Positions 51,951 to 64,000 of a stretch of DNA of 64,000 bases are shown here, in pieces. Source of the DNA: Octopus sinensis. Its lineage: Eukaryota. The stretch is taken from positions 175,832,001-175,896,000 of the forward strand of contig NC_042997.1 in NCBI RefSeq assembly GCF_006345805.1, written 5' to 3'. A program made the position numbers and the translations under genes. Under the pieces are notes generated by a model. That model saw only the letters and a list, made by a program, of their open reading frames with translations. It was not told the DNA's origin and searched no databases. The stretch's first letter is position 1. Each line of letters begins with the position of its first letter.

Positions 51951-52972
51951 CTAGCAAACGCTCCCCGTCCATTGGACGGTTTGTATAGGCGAAGAGGGTT
52001 AACTTGGACGATGTTAAGTTGTGGAGATGTGTGGTGATTGTATGGGGTTGTTACTTTTGTTTAGGGCATTAAAGATTTCTGAGACGTTAAAACTGTTGAC
52101 TATTTCTTCTAAATAAGGAAAATTGATTGATATTAAACCTTTTCAAAATTGTCATGAGGCCAATAAAGTGAAGGAAGCTGTTCATCCCATAATATATACA
52201 ACTTCTAGTGGAATCGGACATCATAATTAACCTTAAACTTTTTGCACTCAAACACTTTCACTTTAGGATAAGCACAATGTACTCTTTAGGATAAGCACAA
52301 TGTACTCATGTTGACACCGATACGTCAAACTGAACGCTGTTTTATCTCCAAAGTGAACATTGCAAGTAATATTTAAGCAATAAACAGTTCTTTGGCTTTT
52401 GCATTTGACGACTGTTGCTTTACATATTTTATTTCGATTTTCACTGGCGTAGTGGTAAGAACTATGGGATAAATAACATTAGTTTCGAATAAAAATATGA
52501 ATGGAAGTTTTAATCACCCGATGGACAGGCAAACAAAAACTGCTACTCAATAAAGGTGCAAAAATGCTTAGAGAAGTCTCTCTTCTCTCAGAAACTGACA
52601 CAAAAAGGGTTGAAACTCGGGGGTAAAATAACACATTGTGCAATAAAATAACATAAAGCATGTTCTTTGCAAATCAATTTTAACTCAAAAATTGAACAAT
52701 ACCGCATATTTTTTAAGTTGGATGAGAAACGTTAGTCAAGGTTTTAGACGTAACCCTACAAAGTTTTCACGTTTTATAAGCAATCAGTTAGTCTTTTCTA
52801 CTTTCAATTGAATTTTGTTGAGAATATCTTCAGAAAATTGAGTTATTTATTTGCTTTATTTTCACTTTTTTGGTCACTTAAAGTAACTGCCTTTTCCTTA
52901 TAGCTTTTCATGTCAGCTGGTTTATTGTACGAAAAACAGCCGTAAGAACACATTTGACCGCGGATGCTCGTG
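51951..52972 (-). mobile_element. Helitron-like insertion in the Dong element
   Basis: Minus-strand 3' hairpin CCGTCCA-A-TGGACGG followed by CTAG|T; 5' end not recognisable. Confidence 0.6.
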
Positions 52973-54588
52973 GTAAGCCTTTGACTCTGTACCTCACTCA
53001 TGAATTCTAGAAGCCCTTCGACTTGCTAAAGATGCAGTGAGCAAAATCAAAGCCATAGCTGACATGACTTTATCGTGGGCCACCATCTTGAAGTTAGATA
53101 CAAGGACTGATTGTATTACCATTGATAGAATACAGTATCGCAGAGGTATATTCCTAGGAGACAACCTGTGTTGTTTATACTTTCTGTACAGCCCTTGTCA
53201 TACACGCGAAGGAAGTCTGAAGGGTATCTCACTTGTTCACAAGGAAACAGAAATACCAAAATTACATACCGTTTCTTTGTGAATGGTTTGGAAACGAAAA
53301 CAAGTAGGCAGAAGCTTAACATCGATCCAGATTGCCTTTGGATGCCGTATCATATCCATTAGCAACATCTTTTAACCACCAAGTGTCGAAGTGCATCCCT
53401 TGACCAAGTTTGTATACACGAGGCTGATAACATCATGAAACTTGAAAAGCAGCTAACCTTAAATACATGCCCAAAGAAGCCACAAAACTCTACCGCAATG
53501 TATCAATAGATGAAAAGATGAGCGCATATCAGCAAAAGATCATGCATGGATACGTTAGCAGCAAGCCCCGGGATTATAGTAACAATGATCATCAAAGCAG
53601 TTTATCACGGCCCAACAACCGGATAACTAACTCCTACTTTGAAGGGTGTTATATCCAGGAACAGGAAATATCAACCAAATACCTGATGCACATAAAAAAA
53701 TAGAGACGCAGGAAAAGCAGCAAAATGTGATAACCGATGTAGACTTTGTGGAGTTAACACCGAAGATATCACCCACATCATAAGCAGTTGTCCGAAAATG
53801 TCATGGCAGTATTATCTACTGATGAGACATGATGCTGTAGCCAAGACACTGTATACTGAGATCCATCGAAAGGATAACCCTGAGGCCAAAGAAATAAGAA
53901 CCCACAATATGGTAGAAACCATAGCTACTCATAATAAAGAGGAGTACTGGTGAAATGTCCCAGTGAAAACCTTACTAAAATGTAAACATAATATATCTGA
54001 CATAATGACTTGGGATAAGGGAAACTGTGTACAGTTGTGGAAATCAGCTGCCCTGCGGATGTTAGCATAAAGCTTAAAGATCAGTGAAAAAGAACCAAAT
54101 CAAAATTTCACTTAGGAGTTTACTTCTTGTTCATCGGTGTTCTTTATAGCACATTTAATTCCATTAACCAATCACAAGGACGTTAGTGAAATGCTACTCT
54201 GTCTTGAAGAGCCTTCAAAATAAAGAAAAAAAGTTATAAGTTCGGCACGAACGTATATGTCAATGAAAAAGAAAATACCTACGCTGAACAATTGAGAAAT
54301 CTACAGTTACTCTACTCAGCTTACAAGCTCAGGTTTATACCTGTAATTATTGGGGGCACTGGAATATGTAACACACTGCCAAAGTAACAATCTTGAAAAA
54401 TTAAGCTTCTCAAAACCAGAAAGGAGAAAAGTGATTCGAAGACTACAGATCCAAGCCATCACTGGAACTGTAAAAATCCGTAAAACTCTCCAGAAGTTTA
54501 AGTATATATGCGCATGCAACTATATGCATGAGAATACACACATAAAGCAAAATATACAAATCTGCACATGCACTGACCCCAAATATTG

Positions 54589-54622
<34 letters not shown>

Positions 54623-55934
54623 AACACACACATACACACATACATACATACATACATACATACATACATACATACATCACTGTTGATGTTAAAATTCCAA
54701 TGAATGAGCCTTAAATCTAGGTTAGAAACCAGATCTGTCGCTATTGACTAAATATCTTGAAATAAAACTGAATAATGACATACATACATATGTAGATGAA
54801 CGAGAGACTCAGAGTTCAAACACCGCCGAGATCAACTTTATCTTTTATCCATTTAGGGTCGATAAAATAAATACCAGTGAGCACTGTGGGGTCAATGTAA
54901 TTGACACGCCACTCCCGAAATTGCTGACCTTGTACAAAATTTGAAACCTTTATTTTTCGGTACCACAAGGCAATGAACTGGCTGTTTGGTGCCACTTTAA
55001 CGAGCGGTCGACCTGGCCATATACACTTTAGCGTGTAGTCTACCCTAAATTCTGTGTCCTAATCCTAACCCAGATCAGTTCTTTTCACAGAATAGACTAC
55101 GGATACTGGAATGTACCCGCACACAAATGTAACATCTATTTTTCTTTTTCATTGGCAAGCATAGAAGATATCGCGCCGAACATACAACTTTTTTTTTCTT
55201 CATTTTGAAGGCTCTTCAACGCACAATAGCATTTCACTAACGTCCTTGTGATTGGTTAATGAAATTAAATGAACACCGACTCCTGTTAAGTGAAATCTGT
55301 TGACCCGCAGCTATCTTTATCTCCCGCAGCTACCTTTATCTCCCGCAGCTACTTTTATCTGTGTACGACCTTCATGGCCAATTCGATGAAATAAAGTGAA
55401 ATCTGTTGATTAGGTTCAAATCATTCCATTAGTTTACTTTTTTTTTCCCACTCTACAGCGGTAGAGCGGTGGATTTGATGCCTTGTATTTTTTAGTCACG
55501 TCCTTCCACTTCAAGTTCCAATCATGCCGAGATTGACTTAGCTTTTTATTCTTCTGTGATCCATAAATCAAGTACCAGTCCAGCAGAGAACTCATAAAAT
55601 TGATTATACCTTTTCTTCTAAATGTGTGATCTAGTGTCCGATATTAGTGGTTTGGGTGTTCGTTTCATGGTCACTAGGTCGTGCTTTCGATTCTCGAACT
55701 AGGCAGTGCTCTGTGTCCTTCATTTTATGGTGTTTCAGTCCACTCAGCTGAAAATGATTATCAGCGATAGCTGGGGTGGGGTGGGGGGCAACTGTGTGAC
55801 GGTCTGACGTCCCATCTAAAAAGAGTCTTGTATTTCCAGTCGCTTAAACGGCATAGAAGCCAAAAGATCGACCTTACTGTGTCTGTCGGGTAGTCAGACA
55901 TCAACTATTTTTTAGCCTTTATATTTAGGAATAC

Positions 55935-56117
55935 CTGGAATGCAGCTGAAGCTACGAAATGTTCTGCTTTTGATTGTCTGTTTACCACATTCATTAAGGT
56001 GTAACTTTTTGTATACTTTTTGTGCTTTTGAGTTTTTCTTCTCATTTCTTCAGCAACGTGAAGCCTTGTTGATATTTGGGGTGACCGCTTGGAGAACTTA
56101 GATGCTGTTAGCAAAAC
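55935..56117 (-). CDS. Possible internal coding exon (183 nt, phase 0/0), unknown protein
   Basis: CAG|...61 open codons...CAG|GTATTC; the acceptor lacks a polypyrimidine tract. Confidence 0.3.
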
Positions 56118-56289
56118 CTGTAGTTTTTTCTCAATGGCGGTGCCCCAGCATGGCCGTAGCTTACGGACTGAAGTAAAAGATAACAAATAAAAGATACACC
56201 TAAATTATATATAATTTTGTATTGAGAAACCATCGTTATAAGAGTAATAGTTTTGAATTAAATATATATATATATATGTGTGTGTGTGT

Positions 56290-56435
56290 ATGTGTGGTAA
56301 GTAGCTTGTTTACCAACCACATGGTTCCGGATTCAGTCCCACTGCGTGGCACCTTGGGCAAGTGTCTTCTACTATAGCCTCGGGCCGACCAAAGCCTTGT
56401 GAGTGGATTTGGTAGACGGAAACTGAAAGCCCGTC

Positions 56436-56472
<37 letters not shown>

Positions 56473-56675
56473 TGTGTGTCTGTGTTTGTCCCCCTAGCAT
56501 TGATTGACAACCAATGCTGGTGTGTTTATGTTCCCGTTACCTGGCAGTTCGGCAAAAGAGACCGAAAGAAAAAGTACTGGGCATACAAAAGAATAAGTCC
56601 CGGGGTTGAGTTGCTCGATTAAAGGCGGTGCTCCAGCATGGCTGCAGTCAAATGACTGAAACAAGTAAAAGAGTA
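56290..56675 (+). mobile_element. OR-like tRNA SINE
   Basis: Same family as 42065 and 62204. Confidence 0.85.
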
Positions 56676-56914
56676 TACATATAGGTAAGTGTATAGCCTG
56701 GTAGAGTGTGTAGATATAATTTTATGATTAAATAAGTGTTATAGCATTTTTGCACGAAACAAAAATTCAGTCACCAGCAATCCATATTTACTAGTGAGCT
56801 TCACTGATCATTTTAGCTATTTATAGTGTGTGTGCGTGTGTAATACATACATACGCACGTACGTAAAACTGTCACTATAACTTTAGTAATGTAGGTGTGG
56901 TGTGTCAACTTTGT

Positions 56915-56929
56915 GTTACCTGTAGCAAC
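56915..56929. promoter_or_regulatory. RFX X-box
   Basis: GTTACC-TGT-AGCAAC; second half-site GTTAGCAAC at ~57129. Confidence 0.55.
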
Positions 56930-57176
56930 GTCACTCAAGCATTACAAAGTTTTCAGTCAACAGGGTTAAAATATATATAGAAAAAGAAAAAAATTACAGT
57001 AAGGCAGTAGAAAGAGAGAGAGGAAGAGGAAGATAAATAAACGAATAAATAAATAAAAGAGGAAACCAGCATTGTTATCAATCAACAGCTACTATTTAAT
57101 TTAAATACAAATCGCCTGTTCAGCTTAAGTTAGCAACAGTAAAACTAATACAGAAGGGAATAAAATACGTGAAAAT

Positions 57177-57213
57177 ATGGCGAAGAAAGACAAAACAGGA
57201 AAGACAAAAAAAG
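57177..57213 (+). CDS. Putative first coding exon MAKKDKTGKTKK(G)
   Basis: AATATGG Kozak context; AAG|GTATGA donor; X-box 250 bp upstream. Confidence 0.5.
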
Positions 57214-58769
57214 GTATGAGCTATTATTATTTTGAAAGAAAAAAAATATTATTTAGTATGACTTTTGTCTTTCAGTCGGCCACAACATACAAAAAACGTT
57301 CGATATCCCATATTATTTGTGTACTTGTTTATAGGAAAATAACTCGTATTGTTAGTTACGGCAAGCAATCTAACATGAAAGAGTTTTTCTTACTTTTGTT
57401 TTTTCATTTACATATTACATATGATAAGCCATAGACACCTTTTCATATATATATTAAAACAATTTTTCAGGTGAACTAAAAATAAGAAGTACTTGTATTT
57501 TCTATCTAAATTGAAATTTTATTATCTTCACTTTTCTGTCTGTCTGTTTTAGTGTTCATGATCGAGATTTCTTTTAATTAAATTATGTTGGTTTCTTTTG
57601 ATTGTACATAAGGATAAAGGCTATATTTTTAAGGTCGGCGGAGTACAGCCGATTGAATTGATGTGGTACATAATTTTCCGATTCTGATTTATGCAAACAA
57701 CAGATGAGAAAGCCAGAAACCAAAATAACGTTACCTCTATCGATTGGAGTCGAACCTAAGATCTGTAATCGGTTGTCTAGTTTACACACATTGTAATAAA
57801 TGACTACCGTTTGATTCTTGGTTCGGATCCACTACGTGATCGTTCGACTTGCTAGCAATAACAGCCAAAGATCCACTAAAAGCATACCCTATCTAAAAAG
57901 GAAGAGAGTACACATTAGCTTAATATAGTTCGAGGGTATACTGTTTGGAAGAATAAGCACGTTGATGCTCGTGGCTAGAATTCTTTTGGTTATTGGTCGG
58001 CTCAGCCAGGATCAACTAATTTCTTTTGAGAAAACAAAACAAACGCAAATGAAAGGTCAATATCGGATAGTATTTACTCTTCTTTAATATATTTCTCGCT
58101 CGTGGATTATATATTTAAGGCAACTGTTACTCTTAGTGTCTTTATATTTCGGTAAATTATGAGAGAAACTTGCGCTTTGATGCCTGTTTGTGTTCAATTG
58201 AGAGCTTCGTGTCGGTCGGTTATTGCTAGCAGTATGAAAGAAAGAAAATTTAGAGACCCGTTTCCAACGAGAAACTGGGTATTATAGTATAAATCACTGT
58301 GATACTAGCAGTACAATAACTATTGAATGATTCTCAACTGATAATACCAATAACTCCTCATCAAAATATTAGAATGTTCACCCTCTTTATTAGTAAAAAG
58401 ACAAAAATAGCATTTGGATCCATATAATTCTTCTTTATTTACCGCGGTGTTGAATAAGTTTAAAGCGGTTTAATTTCATTAAACAAAGCAATTTGCCACC
58501 TTTTCAGTCCTTCGCCCGTACGAGAAAACACTGAAGTGTACTTTATCTTGATTCTGGGTTGGCCACCCTTGTGATTTTTTTTTTTTTGTTTGTTTTGCAG
58601 ATAAGATAATACTCGTTATATATCTTCACTCATTTTACACAAACGTCATTGTGGTTTACTGAGACACCCGTAACATGCCTTTATATTGTCGTTTCTCAGC
58701 CATTTACTTTTTAACACCCTGTTTTCTGAATCTTCTCATCTTCTGAAAGAACCAAAGCGATATAACCCC

Positions 58770-59757
58770 GTGCCACATTCCTACACATGTCACCCCCAGT
58801 ACAACTTTGTTGCTTCATAACTTCCTGAAAAATGGATATTTTTTAATGAAATTTCCTACAGATATGCTTCAAATGGTGTAGATTCTGATTCTGTTGGAAA
58901 TTGTTGTGAAAAATAAAGATTTTTTTCCCAGGGTAGGGTGAGGATTTTCGGATAATTTGACACGGGTCGGCATTGTTTACTCATAATTTTCAGAAAAATG
59001 GGCTTTTTTTTTGTTATGAAATTTTCTATACTTTTCTGAGTGTTTAGATAACGATTACATAAGATTTTTTTTTTCAATTAGTCAGCTTTATACTGATAAA
59101 ATCAATATAACAATTAATTTTAAACATATAAATATGTACATCTTTTTTTTTTTTAATATTGTCATTTTATAAGATTTTGCTGGCAAATTCTTAAATTAAC
59201 ATAAACATTTATTTACATGAAAGAAAATTACCGCAGAACTTTGTTCTAATTCTTCCAAACCTTTCTTAATTTTAAAATAACATTGGTGGGCTCGTACACA
59301 TAACATGCTGCACGTCACACATATCTACAAAATTTTTACTCGGTGGGGTGAGGGTCCTTTATTTTAATTTTGGAAAATGTACATCTTCAAGAACGAAACT
59401 TGAAATTTCGATGAAAAAAAAAAATGTATCGGTATGTATGGGTATGTGCTCGCTATTTTTTTTTTCACTCCAAATTCCGATATAGTCGTAATTTACACAC
59501 TCTGAAAGGTATTTGTAGAACAATTTCATTAAAAAGACACTCATTTTTCTGAAAGTTATGAGGAAACAAAGCCAACTTGTGTGAATTTTCGGAAATCCCT
59601 CTTTCAACCCATAGAAAAGTCTTTTCACAATATAATCGGAATCTACACAATCTGAAATGTATTTGTTGAAAATGTCATTAAAAAATATCCATTTTTCTGG
59701 AAGTTACAAGGAGACAAAATGTGGTTGGGGGGGGGAGGCACATGTAGGATACGCCCA
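58770..59757. mobile_element. Old DNA element with long imperfect TIRs
   Basis: ~120-bp inverted arms (TAACTTCC.GAAAAATGGATATTTTTTAATGA); internal similarity to ~9540-9650. Confidence 0.6.
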
Positions 59758-60296
59758 GTGGTTCAAAAGGTCTTACCATAACCGGATGTTGAGATAAATT
59801 CAAGCAATTTGAGTTGTCAATGTTTCGTTGTCAAAGTAATTCGCTGTAGTCCCACCACTAGCGTAGCTAGAGTGTGTGCCGCCCGGGGTGGCCCTTCCAT
59901 TTGCTGTTCCCGGATCCCACAAAAAACATATATGTTTCTTACAGCAGACCTAAAAGTGGTGCCTCTTTAAAAGTGCCGCCCCTGCTCACAAGTTATGCTG
60001 GTGAGTTCAGTACCTTAGCAGTTCAGACTGAGCGGCGTAAAACTTCGACTTTCTGCTCCGTAAATTACTAGAAGGGTTATAATTATTTCTGAGACGGGAG
60101 ACGCGGCTGTTGATATATTAATGTAAGACAGAGTTTGACCGATCACTACAAAATAAATCTAGTCGTTGATGATTTGTTCAGTCCGAGATCGATTCCCGAC
60201 TGTAAGCCTTCGAAAAGTTAAGCGAAGCGCTTCACCGAAATCACAATGCCGGTTTATAATGTGGATTAAAAGGTAACTATAATCTCGGCGGTAACA

Positions 60297-60521
60297 TAAG
60301 GCGGCGAGCTGGCAGAAACGTTAGCACGCCGGGCGAAATGCGTAACTGTATTTCGTCTGCCGTTACGTTCTGAGTTCAAATTCCGCCGAGGTCGACTTTT
60401 CCTTTTATCCTTTCGGGGTCGATAAATTAAGTACCAGTTACACACTGGGGTCGATATAATCGACTTAATCCGTTTGTTTGTCCACTCTGTATTTAGCCCC
60501 TTGTGGGTAGTAAAAGAAATA
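60297..60521 (+). mobile_element. Nin/Deu-like SINE
   Basis: Head and core; flanking duplication AGGTAACTATAATCTCGG. Confidence 0.85.
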
Positions 60522-61326
60522 GGTAACTATAATCTCGGAGAAATTAGCGTTGGCCTGTTGCTAAAATAAAGAGAAGGGGCCTGCTAAAAGGGACAGAACC
60601 CTCATCCCAATCGAACATCTGTTATTTTAGGAATATTTGTGAGAAGAGCAATCTGGGTTTTCGGACATTCTCATTCCTCTGAGAAAAAAAATTGAACTTT
60701 CTAGTGGCGGTGGATTAGATGGTACTTTGAAAATACAGGGGCAAAGCGAAAAGAAAAGAGGTAAACATATGAAATGAGTGTAGGTAATGTATTTTTAGAA
60801 AGTGAATTTCCTTCAGTATATCGCCTACACCCTTGTATTTCCAAGTAACTAGAAATCACTAGACGTAAATAAAGTTTGGTGAGTGTATGGAGAGAATAGG
60901 GAAAAATTGTACGGGTTTGTAAATAGAAGTACTCTCTCTATCTTAACCGTCATATTGTTCTTATCTATTCTCGGTTTCTTTTTTAAACTGTTTCCAAACA
61001 TCATATTTCCGTTTTCATGGCATATGAATTTGTCTACACTGAACTTCACTATAATTTTTGCTGAAGCAGACCACCACCAGTTACATCGGACACATGTTAT
61101 GAACGTTATTTGTCTCCTTTCCATACCCTTACTCTCATTCTCACAATAGTTTGTCTTTTCGCTCTATAAATCATATTGATTTCTTAGAAGGGATAAAAGC
61201 TATTGATGTCTAGGGGAGCAAAACTGAGCTTGACGATCACCATAAACTACAGCATCGATTCCCGATTTCGTCTCTCAAAAAGGAAAATTCACTTAAGTTG
61301 TAATAGACATTTATCATAATTTCTTT

Positions 61327-61745
61327 GGATCTTTTCGGTTTGAACGGCAGTTTTTAAAAATAATTTCCACGTAACTAAACACTTTTAAACTTCGTATACT
61401 GGTAGAATGTGTTTATAAAACATCTTTTTCTCTTGGCTTTATTGAGAAAATTCTATTGTTTGTAAGATATTTGTTGTTTTTTCTTCAATTTCTGCAATTT
61501 CAACCAACCAATGACGTCTATTGAGGTGAAAACATTCTGTACCGTATGAATATGTCCCTCGTTTAAGAAACAGATTGGGTTTATTTACATTTCTGAAGAA
61601 AACAAGATACCCTTCCCCCAACCCTAACCCTAACTAACCCTAAAACAGATTGAAATGCAATAGATCGATACTAGAGTCATAATTATGGGTGACAATTTCA
61701 TATGACACCGCTAGAAAAAACCTGCTGTTCAAACCGAAAAGATCC
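61327..61745. mobile_element. Merlin-like MITE (family A)
   Basis: TIRs; TTTCTTT on both flanks. Confidence 0.88.
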
Positions 61746-62203
61746 TTTCTTTATTTTCTCATATATAAATTTCTTGAGAAGCAGACAAACAAGATAGTTT
61801 CGATTCTCAACTTGAATAGTTTGCTATTGTTAACGGCACGACGTGCCATTTTCTCTTCGTCGGCAATTTATTTGTCATAGGACATATTTCCGGGTGTAAT
61901 TAATAAAATATTGTTGTGTCTGAGGAGAGTCGTTTTCTTTTTGTGTCTTATAATGTAACACACTCACCGGTAAAATTTCTACTAATTCCTTATTTTTATT
62001 TTCCTAAAATTTTCGTTGCGTCTTGCAACCTTTTCAATAGTCTTGACTCTGTCCGTTGTTTACACTGCGCTCCTTTTTGTTTGTTTGTGCACATGTGTGT
62101 GGGTCAATGTGTATGTGTGTGCCTATGCAATTATAATTTTAAACAAATTAATATCGTCGTTAAAAAGAAAACAACAAGCAAAAAAAATAATGAACAAAGT
62201 CAT

Positions 62204-62575
62204 AGGCGTAGGAGTGGCTGTGTGGTAAGTAGCTTGCTTACGAACTAGTCTCACTGCGTGGCACCTTGGGCAAGTGTCTTCTACTATAGCCTCGGGCTGA
62301 CCAATGCCTTGTGAGTGGATTTGGTAGACGGAAACTGAAAGAAGCCAGTCGTATATATATATATATGTGTGTGTGTCTGTGTTTGTCCCCCCAACATCGC
62401 TTGACAACTGATGCTGGTGTATTTACGTCCCTGTAACTTAGCGGTTCGGCAAAGGAAACCGATAGAATAAGTACTAGCTTATAAAGAATAAGTCCCGGGG
62501 TCAATTTGCTCGACTAAAGGCGGTGCTCCGGCATGGCCACAGTCAAATGACTGAAACAAGTAAAAAGAGTAAAGT
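62204..62575 (+). mobile_element. OR-like tRNA SINE
   Basis: GGCGTAGGAGTGGCTGTGTGGTAAG head, TAAAAAGAG tail. Confidence 0.85.
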
Positions 62576-63021
62576 AAGAAAATGTTTCAGATTTTGACAA
62601 AAGGTCAACAAATGATGAAGTGGGAGTCTATTACATTGACCCTAGTGCGCAGATTCTACCAGCCCGCCACCTTTTTAATGATAATCCTTTTTCTATAGAC
62701 TCAAGGCCTCAAATTTTGGAGGAGGGGGCTAGTTGAATACATCAACTCCACAGTTCAACTGGTACTGTATTTTTTTTTATCAACCTCAACGGAATTTGAA
62801 CTCGGAACATAAAGCCAGAAGAAATGCTGCTAGGCTTTTTGTCCGCAATTCTGCCAGCTCATCACCTACGTAACAACTCAATCAAACTATAAAGAATGAC
62901 CATAAATAACATCCTCATGACAAATATAAGTTGGTTACAGCACAGTCTAAAAAATTTCTTCTGCTATAGTTTTTCAAAGTGAAAGTGGCATTGTGTATTC
63001 CTTAGTCTAATATATATTGTG

Positions 63022-63330
63022 AGGGCGCGTGGCTTGGTGGTTAGGGCATTCGGCTCAAGATTGTAAGGTCATGAGTTCAATTCCCGGCAATGCATTGTGT
63101 CCTTGAGCAAGACACTTTATTTCACATTGCTCCAGTCCACTCAGCTGGCAAAAATGAGTTGTACCCATATTTCAAAGGGCCGGCCTTGTCGCGCTGAATC
63201 TCCTTGAGAACTACTTTAGGGATACACGTGTCTATAGATTGCTCAGTCACTTGCGTGTTAATTTCACGAGCAAGCTGTTCCGTTGATCGTATCAGTTGGG
63301 ACCCTCGTTGCCGTAACCAATGGAGTGCTC
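63022..63330 (+). mobile_element. Meta-domain-like tRNA SINE
   Basis: GGCGCGTGGCTTGGTGGTTAGGG, GAGTTCAATTCCC, CCTTGAGCAAGACACTTT. Confidence 0.8.
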
Positions 63331-63469
63331 CTGTAGTTCGTTTCACACTCACATAGTCTGGAGTTCAGTCCCTCTGCGTGGTATCTTGGACATGCGCATT
63401 TTACTATAGCTTCAGGTTAACCTAAAGCGGTGGTTCTCTACAGGAGTCCATGTAAGATTTTTGAGGGTC

Positions 63470-63965
63470 TATCATCATCATCATTTAACATCTGTTTTCC
63501 ATGCTAGCATGGGTTGGATGGTTTTTCAGGTGCTGGCAAGCCGGAGAGCTGCACCAGGCTCTAGTTGTTTTGGCATGGTTTCTATGGTTGGCTGCCCTTC
63601 CTAACACCAACCACTTAAGACATGACACCGACATGCATGGCACCAGCACCAGCCATTCAAGAATTTGAACCTGGAGATCTCCATTTCCAGCGACTTCAAG
63701 GGCCACCTCCCAGTGGTATCAGGCGTCAACAAAGAATCCTCAACTACAACAAGACGGCCAAAGTTTTTTTTTCCAAGGTCTGGAGTCTCCCGCCCCTCAG
63801 CCCTAGACGATCACCTAACCACCCTTAACCGTCTTGTTGCTTAACAACAACAACAACACACCAGCATCAGTGCTATTACATGACACCAACACGGGCGTTT
63901 TATATGTAGCACCTGCACAGGTGCTTTTCACGTGGCACCGGTACTTTTTATATGTGGTACCGGTA
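63470..63965 (-). mobile_element. RTE 3'-end-derived fragments
   Basis: CATCATCATTTAAC...TTCCATGCTAGCATGGGTTGG matches 5510-5670. Confidence 0.7.
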
Positions 63966-64000
63966 TGGGCTAATGCAAGAAAGTCCATGAAAGAAATTTT

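Larger units (their letters stand above)
51010..54790 (+). mobile_element. R4/Dong-clade non-LTR retrotransposon (RLE type), decayed
   Basis: FWRIIWS; NYRPIAC; KAFDSVPHS; IQYRRGIFLGD; CRLCG..EDITHIISSCP..RHDAVAK CCHC knuckle; VVEISCP; PVIIGAL; (CATA)n at both ends. Confidence 0.85.

Noticed and set aside
60849-61150. Copia integrase remnant or exon
   Set aside because: Only a vague resemblance; no diagnostic motif

Overview
AT-rich, repeat-saturated eukaryotic (animal) DNA. The SINE, microsatellite and LINE families strongly resemble those of Octopus/cephalopod genomes (inference). Nearly all identifiable content is transposon-derived and decayed: RTE, L1/Tx1 (x2), CR1 and R4/Dong LINEs; Gypsy fragments; a solo LTR; a Penelope-like element; a ZMYM1-like hAT with intact TIRs/TSD; non-autonomous Helitrons; at least 8 Merlin-like MITEs, most carrying TTAGGG repeats; mariner MITEs; and many tRNA-derived SINEs. 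The main hidden signals are: (1) three unrelated minimal type I hammerhead ribozymes (7839, 16074, 50216) in Penelope-type pseudo-LTR or retrozyme-like units; (2) four long near-perfect palindromes, two centred on self-complementary microsatellites and one with a loxP-like 8-bp spacer at the end of a possible Crypton-type insertion; (3) a TATA/TCT (5'TOP-type) housekeeping promoter at ~45.8 kb with no visible downstream coding gene; (4) an RFX X-box promoter plus a short first coding exon at ~57 kb. No intact long host CDS is visible. All calls were made by eye. Edges of degenerate elements are approximate.
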